Shown here: positions 29,863 to 38,632 of the stretch, in pieces
How the letters are laid out: the number at the start of each line of letters is the position of its first letter
Numbering within the stretch: position 1 is the first letter of the stretch
Origin: an uncultured Actinomycetes bacterium
Lineage (GTDB): Bacteria > Actinomycetota > UBA4738 > HRBIN12
DNA length: 64,000 nucleotides
Assembly: GCA_963776425.1 (NCBI GenBank)
Contig: CAVZMG010000002.1
Coordinates: 729,820 to 793,819 of the forward strand
Reading direction: 5' to 3'
The notes under the pieces: generated by a model
Seen by the model: the letters and a program-made list of their open reading frames with translations, nothing else
Database searches by the model: none
What the model was told of the DNA's origin: nothing
Program-made: the position numbers and the translations under genes

Positions 29863-30561
29863 ATGGGTGGTGGAGGAGGTCCCACCCTGGAGCCCTGGTA
29901 CCAGATCGCGAAGACGGTCGGGCTCCCGCCCATGCGGTTGTGGTTCTCGTGGCGGTTCGAGGGACTCGAGCACATCCCCGCCGAGGGACCGGCACTGATC
30001 GCCTGCAGCCATCTGTCGTACGTGGACCCGTTCGGGTACGCGGAAGGGGTGGTCCGGCGAGGGCGGCGCCCGCGGTTCCTGGGGAAAGCTCAGTTGTTCG
30101 ACATCCCGCTCGTCGGCGCGGCGCTCCGAGGTGCCGGCCAGATCCCGGTCGACCGAGGGACCGGCGATCAGACCCCGCTGCGGAGCGCGGAGGCGGCGAT
30201 CGTGGCCGGAGAGGTGGTCCTCATCTACCCCGAGGGCACGGTCACCGATCGGCCCGACCATCTCCCTATGGAGGGCAGGACCGGCGCCGTGCGGCTCTCG
30301 CTCGCGACCGGGGTGCCGATAATCCCGATGGCCAGTTGGGGATCGCATCCCGTCTGGCAGAAGGGCGGGAGGGGCTCGCTGAAGTTCGGTCGTCCCATCT
30401 GGGTGGGCGTGGGATCGCCGATCGATCTGTCGGCTCGCGCGGACGAGGCCAACGATCGAGACGCCCTCCACGAGATGACGGCGAGCGTCATGGGCGCGTT
30501 GTCCGAGCTCGTGGAGGACCTCCGCGGTCGCTATCCGAGGCGCTGGTCGGACGACGGGTAG
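29863..30561 (+). CDS. 1-acyl-sn-glycerol-3-phosphate acyltransferase (PlsC family)
   Basis: SHLSYVD, RFLGK, IPVDRG, IYPEGT; start uncertain. Confidence 0.9.
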   Translation: MGGGGGPTLEPWYQIAKTVGLPPMRLWFSWRFEGLEHIPAEGPALIACSHLSYVDPFGYAEGVVRRGRRPRFLGKAQLFDIPLVGAALRGAGQIPVDRGTGDQTPLRSAEAAIVAGEVVLIYPEGTVTDRPDHLPMEGRTGAVRLSLATGVPIIPMASWGSHPVWQKGGRGSLKFGRPIWVGVGSPIDLSARADEANDRDALHEMTASVMGALSELVEDLRGRYPRRWSDDG

Positions 30562-30571
30562 GCTGCGACCC

Positions 30572-31759
30572 ATGCCGGACGATGCGGGACGGGGGTTCTC
30601 TACCCGGGCGATCCACGGGCCCGGTGCTCCGCGGGTGGACCAGGAGACGCCGAGCGTTCCGATCTACCAGACCTCGACGTTCCGGTTCACGGACTCGGAT
30701 GACTACGCCGACACGATCAGCTTCCGCAAGCCGGGATACACGTACACGCGCGGCTACGGCAATCCCACGCTCGATGCGTTCGAGAGGCTGATGGCGAGTC
30801 TCGAGGGGACCGAGGACGCGTTCTCGTTCGCGTCCGGCATGGCGGCGATGCACACCCTCTTCACCACGCTCGCCGCGTCGGGCGATCGGATCGTCGCCAG
30901 CAACGAGCTGTACGGCGGCGCCTACTCACTGTTCACGAAGGTCTTGCCTCGCTTCGGCGTCGTCGTCGACCTGGTGGACCCGCACGACCTCGACGGTGTC
31001 GCGGCCGCGCTCCCCGGGGCGGTGCTCTTCTACGTGGAGACGATCGCGAACCCGAACGTCACGGTCGCGGACCTGGAGGCGCTCGGCGCCCTCTGTCGCG
31101 CGCACGGTGTGCCGGCCGCGGTGGACAACACGTTCGCCTCACCGTACCTGGCCAACCCCGCTCGGTGGGGGTTCGACTACGTGCTGCACTCCGCGACGAA
31201 ATACATCGGCGGACATCACGATCTGATCGGCGGCGTGGTCTGCGCGTCCGCTGAGGCGACGCGCGGCCTCCGCGACACCGTGATCGACACCGGCGGCACC
31301 ATGGCGCCGTTCGAAGCCTGGCTGTGCATGCGCGGGCTGGTCACGCTCGGGATCCGCATGGAGCGACATTGCGAGAGCGCCTCGCGCCTCGCGACGTTCC
31401 TCGAGGGGCATCCGCGGGTCGAGCGGGTTCGGTACCCGGCCCTCGACTCGCATCCCCACCACGACATCGCGGAGCGGCTGCTTCCGCACGGGTGCGGCGG
31501 CATGCTTGCGCTCGAGGTGGCAGGTGGAGTGGACGGCGGCAAGGCCTTCTGCGACGGACTCGGGTTGGCGTGGATCGCGACGAGCCTCGGCGGGACGCAC
31601 ACGTTGGTCGGCCACGCCGCCTCCACCACGCATCGCCAGATGGATCCGGAGGCGCGGCGCCGGGCGGGGATCGCCGACGGCCTCGTGCGGGTGAGCGTGG
31701 GGCTGGAGGACGTCGACGATCTCATCGAAGACTTCGACAAGGCCCTGGGGAACAGGTGA
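30572..31759 (+). CDS. Cys/Met metabolism PLP enzyme (cystathionine gamma-synthase/lyase family)
   Basis: PIYQTSTF, YTRGYGNPT, FASGMAA, VDNTFASP, HSATKYIGGH, RVSVGLE. Confidence 0.93.
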   Translation: MPDDAGRGFSTRAIHGPGAPRVDQETPSVPIYQTSTFRFTDSDDYADTISFRKPGYTYTRGYGNPTLDAFERLMASLEGTEDAFSFASGMAAMHTLFTTLAASGDRIVASNELYGGAYSLFTKVLPRFGVVVDLVDPHDLDGVAAALPGAVLFYVETIANPNVTVADLEALGALCRAHGVPAAVDNTFASPYLANPARWGFDYVLHSATKYIGGHHDLIGGVVCASAEATRGLRDTVIDTGGTMAPFEAWLCMRGLVTLGIRMERHCESASRLATFLEGHPRVERVRYPALDSHPHHDIAERLLPHGCGGMLALEVAGGVDGGKAFCDGLGLAWIATSLGGTHTLVGHAASTTHRQMDPEARRRAGIADGLVRVSVGLEDVDDLIEDFDKALGNR

Positions 31760-32877
31760 GCGCGCCGAAGCGTCGCGTCGCCGTCCTGTTCGGCGGCCGT
31801 TCGGCCGAGCATGAGATCTCGTGCGTGTCGGCGCGCTCCGTGATCGACGCGCTGGATCACGAGGGGATCGAGGTCGTCCCGATCGGGATCACGCGCGAGG
31901 GATCGTGGCTCCTCCTCGCGGGTCCGCCGGCGCTCCCCGCCGAGACAGGCCGGATGCCCGAGGTCACGGCCGAGGCGGGGACGGCGGTCGAGCTGGGAGG
32001 CGGGGTCGGGTCGCAGGAGCTGATCGCCGTCGACGGCTCGCGCAGGTCCATCGACGTCGTGTTCCCCGTCCTCCACGGACCTGGCGGCGAAGACGGTGCC
32101 GTGCAGGGGATGTTGGAGATCGCGGGCGTCCCGTACGTCGGCGCGGGGGTCCTCGGCTCCGCGGTCGGCATGGACAAGGCCATGCAGAAGGTCCTGTTCG
32201 CCGCCGCCGGCTTGCCGGTGGTTCCGGCGGAGGTGGTTCGCGAACCCGAATGGACCGAGGATCCCGAAGGGGTGTCGGCGCGCGCTTCGGGGCTGGGGTA
32301 TCCGGTATTCACCAAGCCGGCGACGCTCGGTTCATCCGTCGGGATCACGAAGGTCCACGAGCCCGCAGAGCTCGATGCCGGGCTGGACGAGGCGTTCCGC
32401 TACGCGCGCAAGGCGATGATCGAACAGGGACTCGAGGGTATCCGTGAGGTGGAGTGCGCGGTGCTGGGCAACGACGACCCGGTCGCCTCGATCGCAGGCG
32501 AGATCGTGCCCACCGGCCATGAGTTCTATGACTACGAGGCCAAGTACCTGGACGAGCATGGCGCGCGCTTGCTGATCCCCGCTGAGATCGACGCCGAGCT
32601 GATGGAGAGGATCCAACGGATGGCCATCATCGCGTTCCGCGCGATCGAGTGTGCGGGGATGGCGCGGGTCGACTTCTTCATCCGGGGCGGCGAGCTCTGG
32701 GTGAACGAGATCAACACGATCCCGGGCTTCACGAACATCTCGATGTATCCCAAGCTCTGGGAGGCCTCGGGTCTCAACTACGGAGACCTCGTGGAACGTC
32801 TGCTCGATCTCGCCGCAGAAAGGCACCAGGCCGAGCGCGGCAAGAGCGTGGGCGTTCGCGAACTCGGCGAGGCGTGA
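31756..32877 (+). CDS. ddl: D-alanine--D-alanine ligase
   Basis: GGRSAEHEIS, FPVLHGPGGEDG, GSSVG, FYDYEAKY, NEINTIPG. Confidence 0.96.
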   Translation: MSAPKRRVAVLFGGRSAEHEISCVSARSVIDALDHEGIEVVPIGITREGSWLLLAGPPALPAETGRMPEVTAEAGTAVELGGGVGSQELIAVDGSRRSIDVVFPVLHGPGGEDGAVQGMLEIAGVPYVGAGVLGSAVGMDKAMQKVLFAAAGLPVVPAEVVREPEWTEDPEGVSARASGLGYPVFTKPATLGSSVGITKVHEPAELDAGLDEAFRYARKAMIEQGLEGIREVECAVLGNDDPVASIAGEIVPTGHEFYDYEAKYLDEHGARLLIPAEIDAELMERIQRMAIIAFRAIECAGMARVDFFIRGGELWVNEINTIPGFTNISMYPKLWEASGLNYGDLVERLLDLAAERHQAERGKSVGVRELGEA

Positions 32878-32906
32878 GGGATCGAGGAACGGCGCGGACC
32901 GCGGTG

Positions 32907-33140
32907 TTACAGGTGGACCACCGGGCAGGTCAGCGTGCGCGTGATCCCCTCCACCGCCTGGATGCGAGCCACCACGAGCTTGCCGAGCTCGTCGACGGAC
33001 TTGGCTTCGGCGCGGACGATCACGTCGTACGGTCCGGTGACGTCTTCGGCTTCTGCCACACCCGAGATCTCGCGGACCTCCTGTGCGACGGCAGCGGCTT
33101 TCCCGACTTCGGTCTGGATGAGGATGTACGCGTGCACCAC
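32907..33140 (-). CDS. Stand-alone Lrp/AsnC ligand-binding (RAM) domain protein
   Basis: VHAYILIQTEVGKA...VTGPYDVI...GITRTLTCPVV; usual neighbour of thiL in Actinobacteria. Confidence 0.92.
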   Translation of the reverse strand: MVHAYILIQTEVGKAAAVAQEVREISGVAEAEDVTGPYDVIVRAEAKSVDELGKLVVARIQAVEGITRTLTCPVVHL

Positions 33141-33256
33141 CTGGAACCTCCCTTGGGGTCGTTCGGAGGCGCCCATGCTAGCCCCGGGGTGACGACCGAC
33201 GCAACGCGGACGTCCCCCTCGAGTCATCGCACCCCGAAGCGAGGCATGATGCGCTC

Positions 33257-33886
33257 ATGTTCCGCGACCGCGAGCAGGCCGGAGACCTCCTGGCGACCGT
33301 GCTCGCCGAGCGGATGCTCGAGGCGCCGGTCGTGGTGCTCGCGATCCCCCGAGGAGGCGTGGTCGTTGCGGGCCCGGTGGCCCGGCGGCTCGGAGCGGCG
33401 CTCGACGTGGTCGTGCCACGCAAGCTCGGTGCACCAGGGAACAAGGAGCTCGCGATCGGGGCGGTGGCCCCGGGGATCCGTGTCCTCGATCGACCCATGA
33501 TCGAACGACTGGGCGTCGACGACCGCTACCTCGATGCCGAGGTGCAAGCACAGGAGCGCGAGATCGTTCGTCGAACGGCCGCGTATCGGGAGGGACGGCC
33601 CGCGGTCTCCCTCGCCGGGGCGACGGCACTGGTCGTGGATGATGGCGTCGCCACGGGCTCCACCGCGATCGCCGCGGTCCGCTGGGCTCGCGCAGCCGGC
33701 GCGGCGCGCGTCGTGTTCGCGGCTCCGGTCGGTCCCCCGGACGTCCCACAGCTCCTGGGCCTCGATGCGGATGACGTCGTGATCCTCGAGACGCCGCGTC
33801 CGTTCCATTCGGTGGGGGAGTGGTTCACGAGGTTCGATCAGGTGCAGGATCAGGACGTGCTCGCCGTATTGCGGTCGAACGCATGA
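33257..33886 (+). CDS. Phosphoribosyltransferase-family protein
   Basis: FRDREQAG, IPRGGV, RKLGAPG, VVDDGVATG. Confidence 0.9.
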   Translation: MFRDREQAGDLLATVLAERMLEAPVVVLAIPRGGVVVAGPVARRLGAALDVVVPRKLGAPGNKELAIGAVAPGIRVLDRPMIERLGVDDRYLDAEVQAQEREIVRRTAAYREGRPAVSLAGATALVVDDGVATGSTAIAAVRWARAAGAARVVFAAPVGPPDVPQLLGLDADDVVILETPRPFHSVGEWFTRFDQVQDQDVLAVLRSNA

Positions 33887-34209
33887 AGATCTTCGAGATC
33901 GCGATGGTGGTGCTCTTCGGCGCGCTCGGTGTGCGGTCGCTGGTGTACTGGGTGCGACGGCCGTTCGACAGCGTGGACCCTCGGGACCACGTCCTGTTCG
34001 CGCTGTTCGTGACGGGTCGCGTGGGTCTCTGGTTCGCGGTCTCAGGCCTGTTCCTGCTCTACGCCCTCACCGGCACGCTGGGCCGGGCGTTCATCGACGA
34101 CGTACGCCGATACGACTGGTTCCTGCTCGTGTTCGTAGCGCTCTCGGCGATCCAGCTCCTGGCCGGGTACTTCCTCGGGCGTCGCTCCGGCCCGAGCTCG
34201 GGCAACTAG
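33883..34209 (+). CDS. Hypothetical membrane protein (3 TM)
   Basis: ATGA coupling to upstream gene; three hydrophobic segments. Confidence 0.75.
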   Translation: MKIFEIAMVVLFGALGVRSLVYWVRRPFDSVDPRDHVLFALFVTGRVGLWFAVSGLFLLYALTGTLGRAFIDDVRRYDWFLLVFVALSAIQLLAGYFLGRRSGPSSGN

Positions 34210-34224
34210 TCTGTGATGGACTAG
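34206..34224. repeat. 19-bp imperfect palindrome CTAGTCTG-TGA-TGGACTAG at convergent junction (copy 3 of 3)
   Basis: Matches copies at 1106 and 21683; contains both TAG stops. Confidence 0.75.
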
Positions 34225-35729
34225 CCGGCGGCTTTCACGATCTCGTCCGAGAGCTCGGCGAACCCCTGCAGCCGGGCGACCCGTTCGCTCTTCAAGCGAT
34301 CCACGAGCTCGGCGTATTCGTCGCCGCGACCCTGTCGCTCGTACAGACGACGAGGCTCGAGGAGCTCGGGGTCGTCGATCTCCGGCACCGACGCGGCGAC
34401 CTGGTAGCCGAAGTCAGGATCGTCGGTCCATGTGATCGACCGTTCGGCGATCCCCTTCACGCAGGCGGACGTGTGCGGGATCTTCAGCTTCTTCGACCGT
34501 TCGTCGTCGTCCTTGCCGCCGACACGTCCCGTGTTGAGCAGGTACGTCTCGATCGGGTGTGACGCCAGGAGTTCAAGGATCCGGTTGCCCTGGAGACCAT
34601 GCGGGAGCGGGAAGAACGGGTTCGTCCCCGGGACCCGAAGGAACTTGCCGGCCTCCGCGGCGCCGCCCGCGCTCGTCCCGGTGGTCTCGCCGAGCATGAA
34701 GTACGCCGCCGCCTGTTCCTGCGTGAGCTTCGCGACGGCCGGGATGATGTTCTCGTTCCGGTTGAGGATCAACAGGTAGTCGACCGTGCCGACCTCGCGC
34801 GCGTCGCGGAACCGGAGCAGGTCGCTCATCTCGAAGACGGCGCGTCCGTTCTGCGTGTAGCTCTCCTCGAAGAAGTTCACCGAGCCGGTGTCGTCTTGGT
34901 ACACGTTCTCGAGGAACGCCGTGGGCTTGGTCACCGCTCCGTAGATCGACGGTTCGAAATCCGGATCGAGCGAGAACGTCTTCGCGAAGCAGCCGTTCTC
35001 GGTGCCGTACGCGTGACCGCCCGGCATCAACCCGACGAAGTCGTCCTGCACCGGCTCGGAACCGTTCTGCGTCGTGAACGTGGTCGTCGTCTTGCCGGTG
35101 CCCGACAGGCCGATGATCATGAAGACCTTCTCGCCGTCGCCGGTCGGGATCACCTTCAGGCCCGCGTGCAGGGCGAGCCCGCCTTTGCGGTAGACGATGT
35201 CGTTCCACATCCGCAGGCCGCCCTTCTTCGACTCGCCGAAGTAGTCGGAGTTGAGGACGCGCGTGACGCCGTTGTCCAGGTCGACGGCGATGATCCGCTC
35301 GTCGGGATAGCCCTCAGCGACGAGGTTCGGCGTGTAGGTCACCTGCACCTCGGGTTCGGCGCCGTCCGTCCGCTCGAAGTAGAGCTTCTGCTGCATCCCC
35401 GCGATGTTCGCGTTCGCCTTCTCGATCGTGAGGCGAGCGGCGGTGCGCATCTCGGGGTCGTTGCCGATGTAGCCGTCGATGACGATCTGGTCCCGCTCTG
35501 CGAGGTAGGCGTCCTGCAGGGCAGCGATCCGCTCGAACTCCTCGCGGGTCATCGACTTCCCTGACGTCGAGGACGGGTCGGGGGTCACGACGTAGGTGCT
35601 CGCGGCGCTCCGCGACACGACCTTGGTCTGCACGTTGACGTTGTCGAACTCGGTGATCCGGCACTGCGGCATGGCTTCGGTGAAGGTGCGCAGTTCGTCC
35701 GGGCTTGGGTTGACGTGGACCTGGGGCAC
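34221..35729 (-). CDS. pckA: Phosphoenolpyruvate carboxykinase (ATP-type)
   Basis: YFGESKKG, LHAG, GLSGTGKTT P-loop, QDD, ENGCFAKT, NGRA, LLNTG. Confidence 0.88.
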   Translation of the reverse strand: MPQVHVNPSPDELRTFTEAMPQCRITEFDNVNVQTKVVSRSAASTYVVTPDPSSTSGKSMTREEFERIAALQDAYLAERDQIVIDGYIGNDPEMRTAARLTIEKANANIAGMQQKLYFERTDGAEPEVQVTYTPNLVAEGYPDERIIAVDLDNGVTRVLNSDYFGESKKGGLRMWNDIVYRKGGLALHAGLKVIPTGDGEKVFMIIGLSGTGKTTTTFTTQNGSEPVQDDFVGLMPGGHAYGTENGCFAKTFSLDPDFEPSIYGAVTKPTAFLENVYQDDTGSVNFFEESYTQNGRAVFEMSDLLRFRDAREVGTVDYLLILNRNENIIPAVAKLTQEQAAAYFMLGETTGTSAGGAAEAGKFLRVPGTNPFFPLPHGLQGNRILELLASHPIETYLLNTGRVGGKDDDERSKKLKIPHTSACVKGIAERSITWTDDPDFGYQVAASVPEIDDPELLEPRRLYERQGRGDEYAELVDRLKSERVARLQGFAELSDEIVKAAG

Positions 35730-35873
35730 GTGAGGGATCCTCCTGATTGGCTACCGTGGCCGGGCGTGGGGCGAGCGCCCCGAACCAGCGCCCTAGAGTC
35801 TACTGAACGTGGTCGTGGCGACCCGCCGCCGGATGGGCGGACGCTGACGCCGCCGGAGCGACGGAACGGAGCG

Positions 35874-36830
35874 ATGGACCGAACCGAGGAGGAGCTGCTC
35901 GAGGCGATCCGCCGGGTGCTGTCGGGCGCTGGACCCGAGGTGCGGGTGCCCGTCGGAGACGACGCGGCGGTCCTCGCGCCGACGACGGGCGAGCTCGTGA
36001 TCACCACGGATGTGCTCGTGGAGGGTGTCCATTTCGAGCGCCGCCTGATCGGTGCGCGGGATCTGGGACACAAGGCGATCGTCGTCAGCGTGAGCGACAT
36101 CGCGGCGATGGGCGCGAGCCCACGAGCGGCGGTCTGTGCGTTGACCCTGACGCAAGACGTCGACCCGGCCTGGGTGATGGAGCTGTTCGGCGGGATGCGC
36201 GACGCCTGCGATGAGTTCGCGCTGTGGCTGGTCGGCGGCGATCTCTCGCGAGGTGGCGAGGTCGCCATCGCGGTCACGGTCACCGGAGAGGTGGCGCCGG
36301 GCCGCGCCGTCTTGCGGTCGGGGGCTCGACCCGGCGATCGGATCGTGGTGACGGGCGAGCTGGGAGGTTCCGCGGCCGGGCTCCGGCTCTCGAGGCTCCG
36401 GTCGATGCCGGACGACGTCCAGCGAGCGGCGATCCATCGACATGTTCGACCCACCGCCCGGGTGGGTGAGGGGGTTGTGTTGGCTCGACGCGGCGCCACC
36501 GCGATGATGGACGTGTCCGACGGGCTCGCGCTGGACCTGTTCCGGCTCGCCCGGTCGAGCGGCGTCGGCGTCCGGCTCCACGTGGACCGGGTGCCGGTCG
36601 CTGCAGCCGCGACGCTCGACGAGGCGCTCGGCGGCGGGGAGGACTACGAGTTGATCGCTGCGCTCCCGGATGATGCAGCCGTCGAAGCGGTCCGAACCGA
36701 ACTGAGGGAGTCGTTCGGCGTGGAACTCACCCAGGTCGGCATCGCGGTGGAGGGCGAAGGCATCACCACGGTCGGCGACGACGGGGTCGAGGCCGCGCTC
36801 GCTCCCATCGGATGGGACCACTTCGCGTGA
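35874..36830 (+). CDS. thiL: Thiamine-monophosphate kinase
   Basis: GDDAA, LVEGVHF, SDIAAMG, GGD, MDVSDGL, GGEDYEL. Confidence 0.95.
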   Translation: MDRTEEELLEAIRRVLSGAGPEVRVPVGDDAAVLAPTTGELVITTDVLVEGVHFERRLIGARDLGHKAIVVSVSDIAAMGASPRAAVCALTLTQDVDPAWVMELFGGMRDACDEFALWLVGGDLSRGGEVAIAVTVTGEVAPGRAVLRSGARPGDRIVVTGELGGSAAGLRLSRLRSMPDDVQRAAIHRHVRPTARVGEGVVLARRGATAMMDVSDGLALDLFRLARSSGVGVRLHVDRVPVAAAATLDEALGGGEDYELIAALPDDAAVEAVRTELRESFGVELTQVGIAVEGEGITTVGDDGVEAALAPIGWDHFA

Positions 36831-37669
36831 GCGCTGCTGCCGGACCGCGTCCGCGCGTGCTCACGATCGCCGGGTCCGATCCGGGTGGTGGTGCGGGGAT
36901 CCAGGCGGATCTCAAAACGTTCAGCGCGCTCGGCGTGTTCGGGATGACGGCGATCACAGCGATCACCGTGCAGAACACCCTGGGCGTGGCGGGGTTCGAG
37001 GCGGTGTCGCCCGTGACGGTGGCGGCGCAGATCCGGTCGGTCGCGGAGGATATCGGTGTCGATGCTGCCAAGACGGGCATGCTGGCCGACGCCGCGATCG
37101 TGCATGCCGTCGCCGAGGCGGTCGAAGGGACGGGGATCGGTCCATTGGTGGTCGACCCGGTATCCGTGTCCAAGCACGGTCATCCGCTGCTGGCCGACGA
37201 CGCTCTGGACGCGTTGCGATCGCGGATCCTCCCGCTGGCGACCCTCGTGACACCGAACCTTCCCGAGGCCGCCGCGTTGGCGGGGTTCCCGGTCGAGCGT
37301 CGAGAGGACATGCGCCGGGCGGGGGAGGCCATCGTCGCCTTGGGGGCGCGCGCGGTCTTGGTGAAGGGCGGGCATCTGGGGGCGACGAGCGAGGCGAGCG
37401 ATCTGTTGCTGCTCGATGGTCGCGAGGAGTGGCTCAGCGCGGAGCGGATCGATACCCCGAACACGCACGGCACCGGGTGCACGCTCTCGGCGGCGATCAC
37501 GGCTTATCTCGCGCTCGGGGACCCGCTGCGGGAGGCCGTGCGAGCCGGGAAGGACTTCGTCACCGAGGCGATCCGGCACGCGCTCGCGATCGGAGGCGGG
37601 ATCGGGCCGGTGGATCAGCTGTGGTCGATCCGACCCGGAGGACCGGCGTCGTCGCGGACGGAGCGCTAG
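36827..37669 (+). CDS. thiD: Hydroxymethylpyrimidine/phosphomethylpyrimidine kinase
   Basis: [40 protein letters not shown]. Confidence 0.96.
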   Translation: MSAAAGPRPRVLTIAGSDPGGGAGIQADLKTFSALGVFGMTAITAITVQNTLGVAGFEAVSPVTVAAQIRSVAEDIGVDAAKTGMLADAAIVHAVAEAVEGTGIGPLVVDPVSVSKHGHPLLADDALDALRSRILPLATLVTPNLPEAAALAGFPVERREDMRRAGEAIVALGARAVLVKGGHLGATSEASDLLLLDGREEWLSAERIDTPNTHGTGCTLSAAITAYLALGDPLREAVRAGKDFVTEAIRHALAIGGGIGPVDQLWSIRPGGPASSRTER

Positions 37670-37869
37670 GACGCGCGCTGGGGGATCCGCGTGACCTTGC
37701 CCGCTTTGATGCAGGAGGTGCACGCGTTCACGCGTCGCGGGGTCCCGTCGACCAGCGCGCGCAAGCGCTGGATGTTCGGGTTCCACCGGCGGTTGTTGCG
37801 CTTGTGGGAGAAGGTCACGGACTTGCCGAAGAACGGCTTCTTCCCACAGATGTCACACACCGCAGCCAT
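37666..37869 (-). CDS. rpmB: 50S ribosomal protein L28 (Zn-binding form)
   Basis: MAAVCDICGKKP...RRWNPNIQ...CTSCIKAGKV. Confidence 0.96.
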   Translation of the reverse strand: MAAVCDICGKKPFFGKSVTFSHKRNNRRWNPNIQRLRALVDGTPRRVNACTSCIKAGKVTRIPQRAS

Positions 37870-37969
37870 AGTCCGCAAAGGGTAGCAGACGTCCCTCGCG
37901 CGGCCGCCCTTGCGCGCGGCACCGTCGGGGGTGGAAAGTAGCTCCCTGCCCCGAGGGAGGGAGAGCGCT

Positions 37970-38632
37970 ATGCCGCGCGAAGACATCGATGGTGGCTGGT
38001 CGATCGAGCCGGACCCGGACGGGCACCTGCACGCGTACGTGTTCATCGATCACACGGATAGCAAGATCTCGAGCGTCCTGTCGGATGTCGCCAAGTCCTA
38101 CAGGAGAGATGCGTTCCCGCGGGTCAGGTGGGCGGGATCGGTGATCGGCGACTACCGCGCGCTCATGCATATCGAAGTGGATGATCCGGACGATCTCGAT
38201 AGCCTCCATGAGTTCCTCGACGAGGATCTGTGGGAGAAAGGCGTCCACTGCCAGACCGCCATGAGCCTCGCGGTCATCAACAAGAAGGGAACGAAGAAGG
38301 ACACCCCGGACGTCCTGGCGCTCGTCGCGATCAAGACCGAGTTCGGCAAGACGATGGACGTCGCGAAGGCGTTGGCGATCGTGGACCAAGAGATGGACTT
38401 CGCTTGGTTCAACGGCGCGTCGATCCTGAACGGCCAGATCGACATCCTGCTGCAGCTGAACGCCGACTCCGTCACCCAGCAGCAGGAGCGGCTCTTCTTG
38501 GACGAGGGCACCGCGCGGATCCTCGGCGACATCCCTGGCATCGCCTCGACGTCGACGGCTATCGCGGAAGGGGCCCGGGGGCCTTGGAGTGGGCCGTTCC
38601 CGCCCGAGTGGGAGCGACCCCGGGGTTCCTAG
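37970..38632 (+). CDS. Hypothetical protein with two tandem Lrp/AsnC RAM-like domains
   Basis: HAYVFI...VIGDYRAL and LALVAIKTEFGK...LNGQIDIL...IPGIASTST each resemble the RAM protein at 32907-33140; GGGAGGGAG RBS. Confidence 0.65.
   Translation: MPREDIDGGWSIEPDPDGHLHAYVFIDHTDSKISSVLSDVAKSYRRDAFPRVRWAGSVIGDYRALMHIEVDDPDDLDSLHEFLDEDLWEKGVHCQTAMSLAVINKKGTKKDTPDVLALVAIKTEFGKTMDVAKALAIVDQEMDFAWFNGASILNGQIDILLQLNADSVTQQQERLFLDEGTARILGDIPGIASTSTAIAEGARGPWSGPFPPEWERPRGS

Noticed and set aside
35740-35873. Possible TPP riboswitch upstream of thiL-thiD
   Set aside because: The conserved CTGAGA and other TPP core motifs are absent
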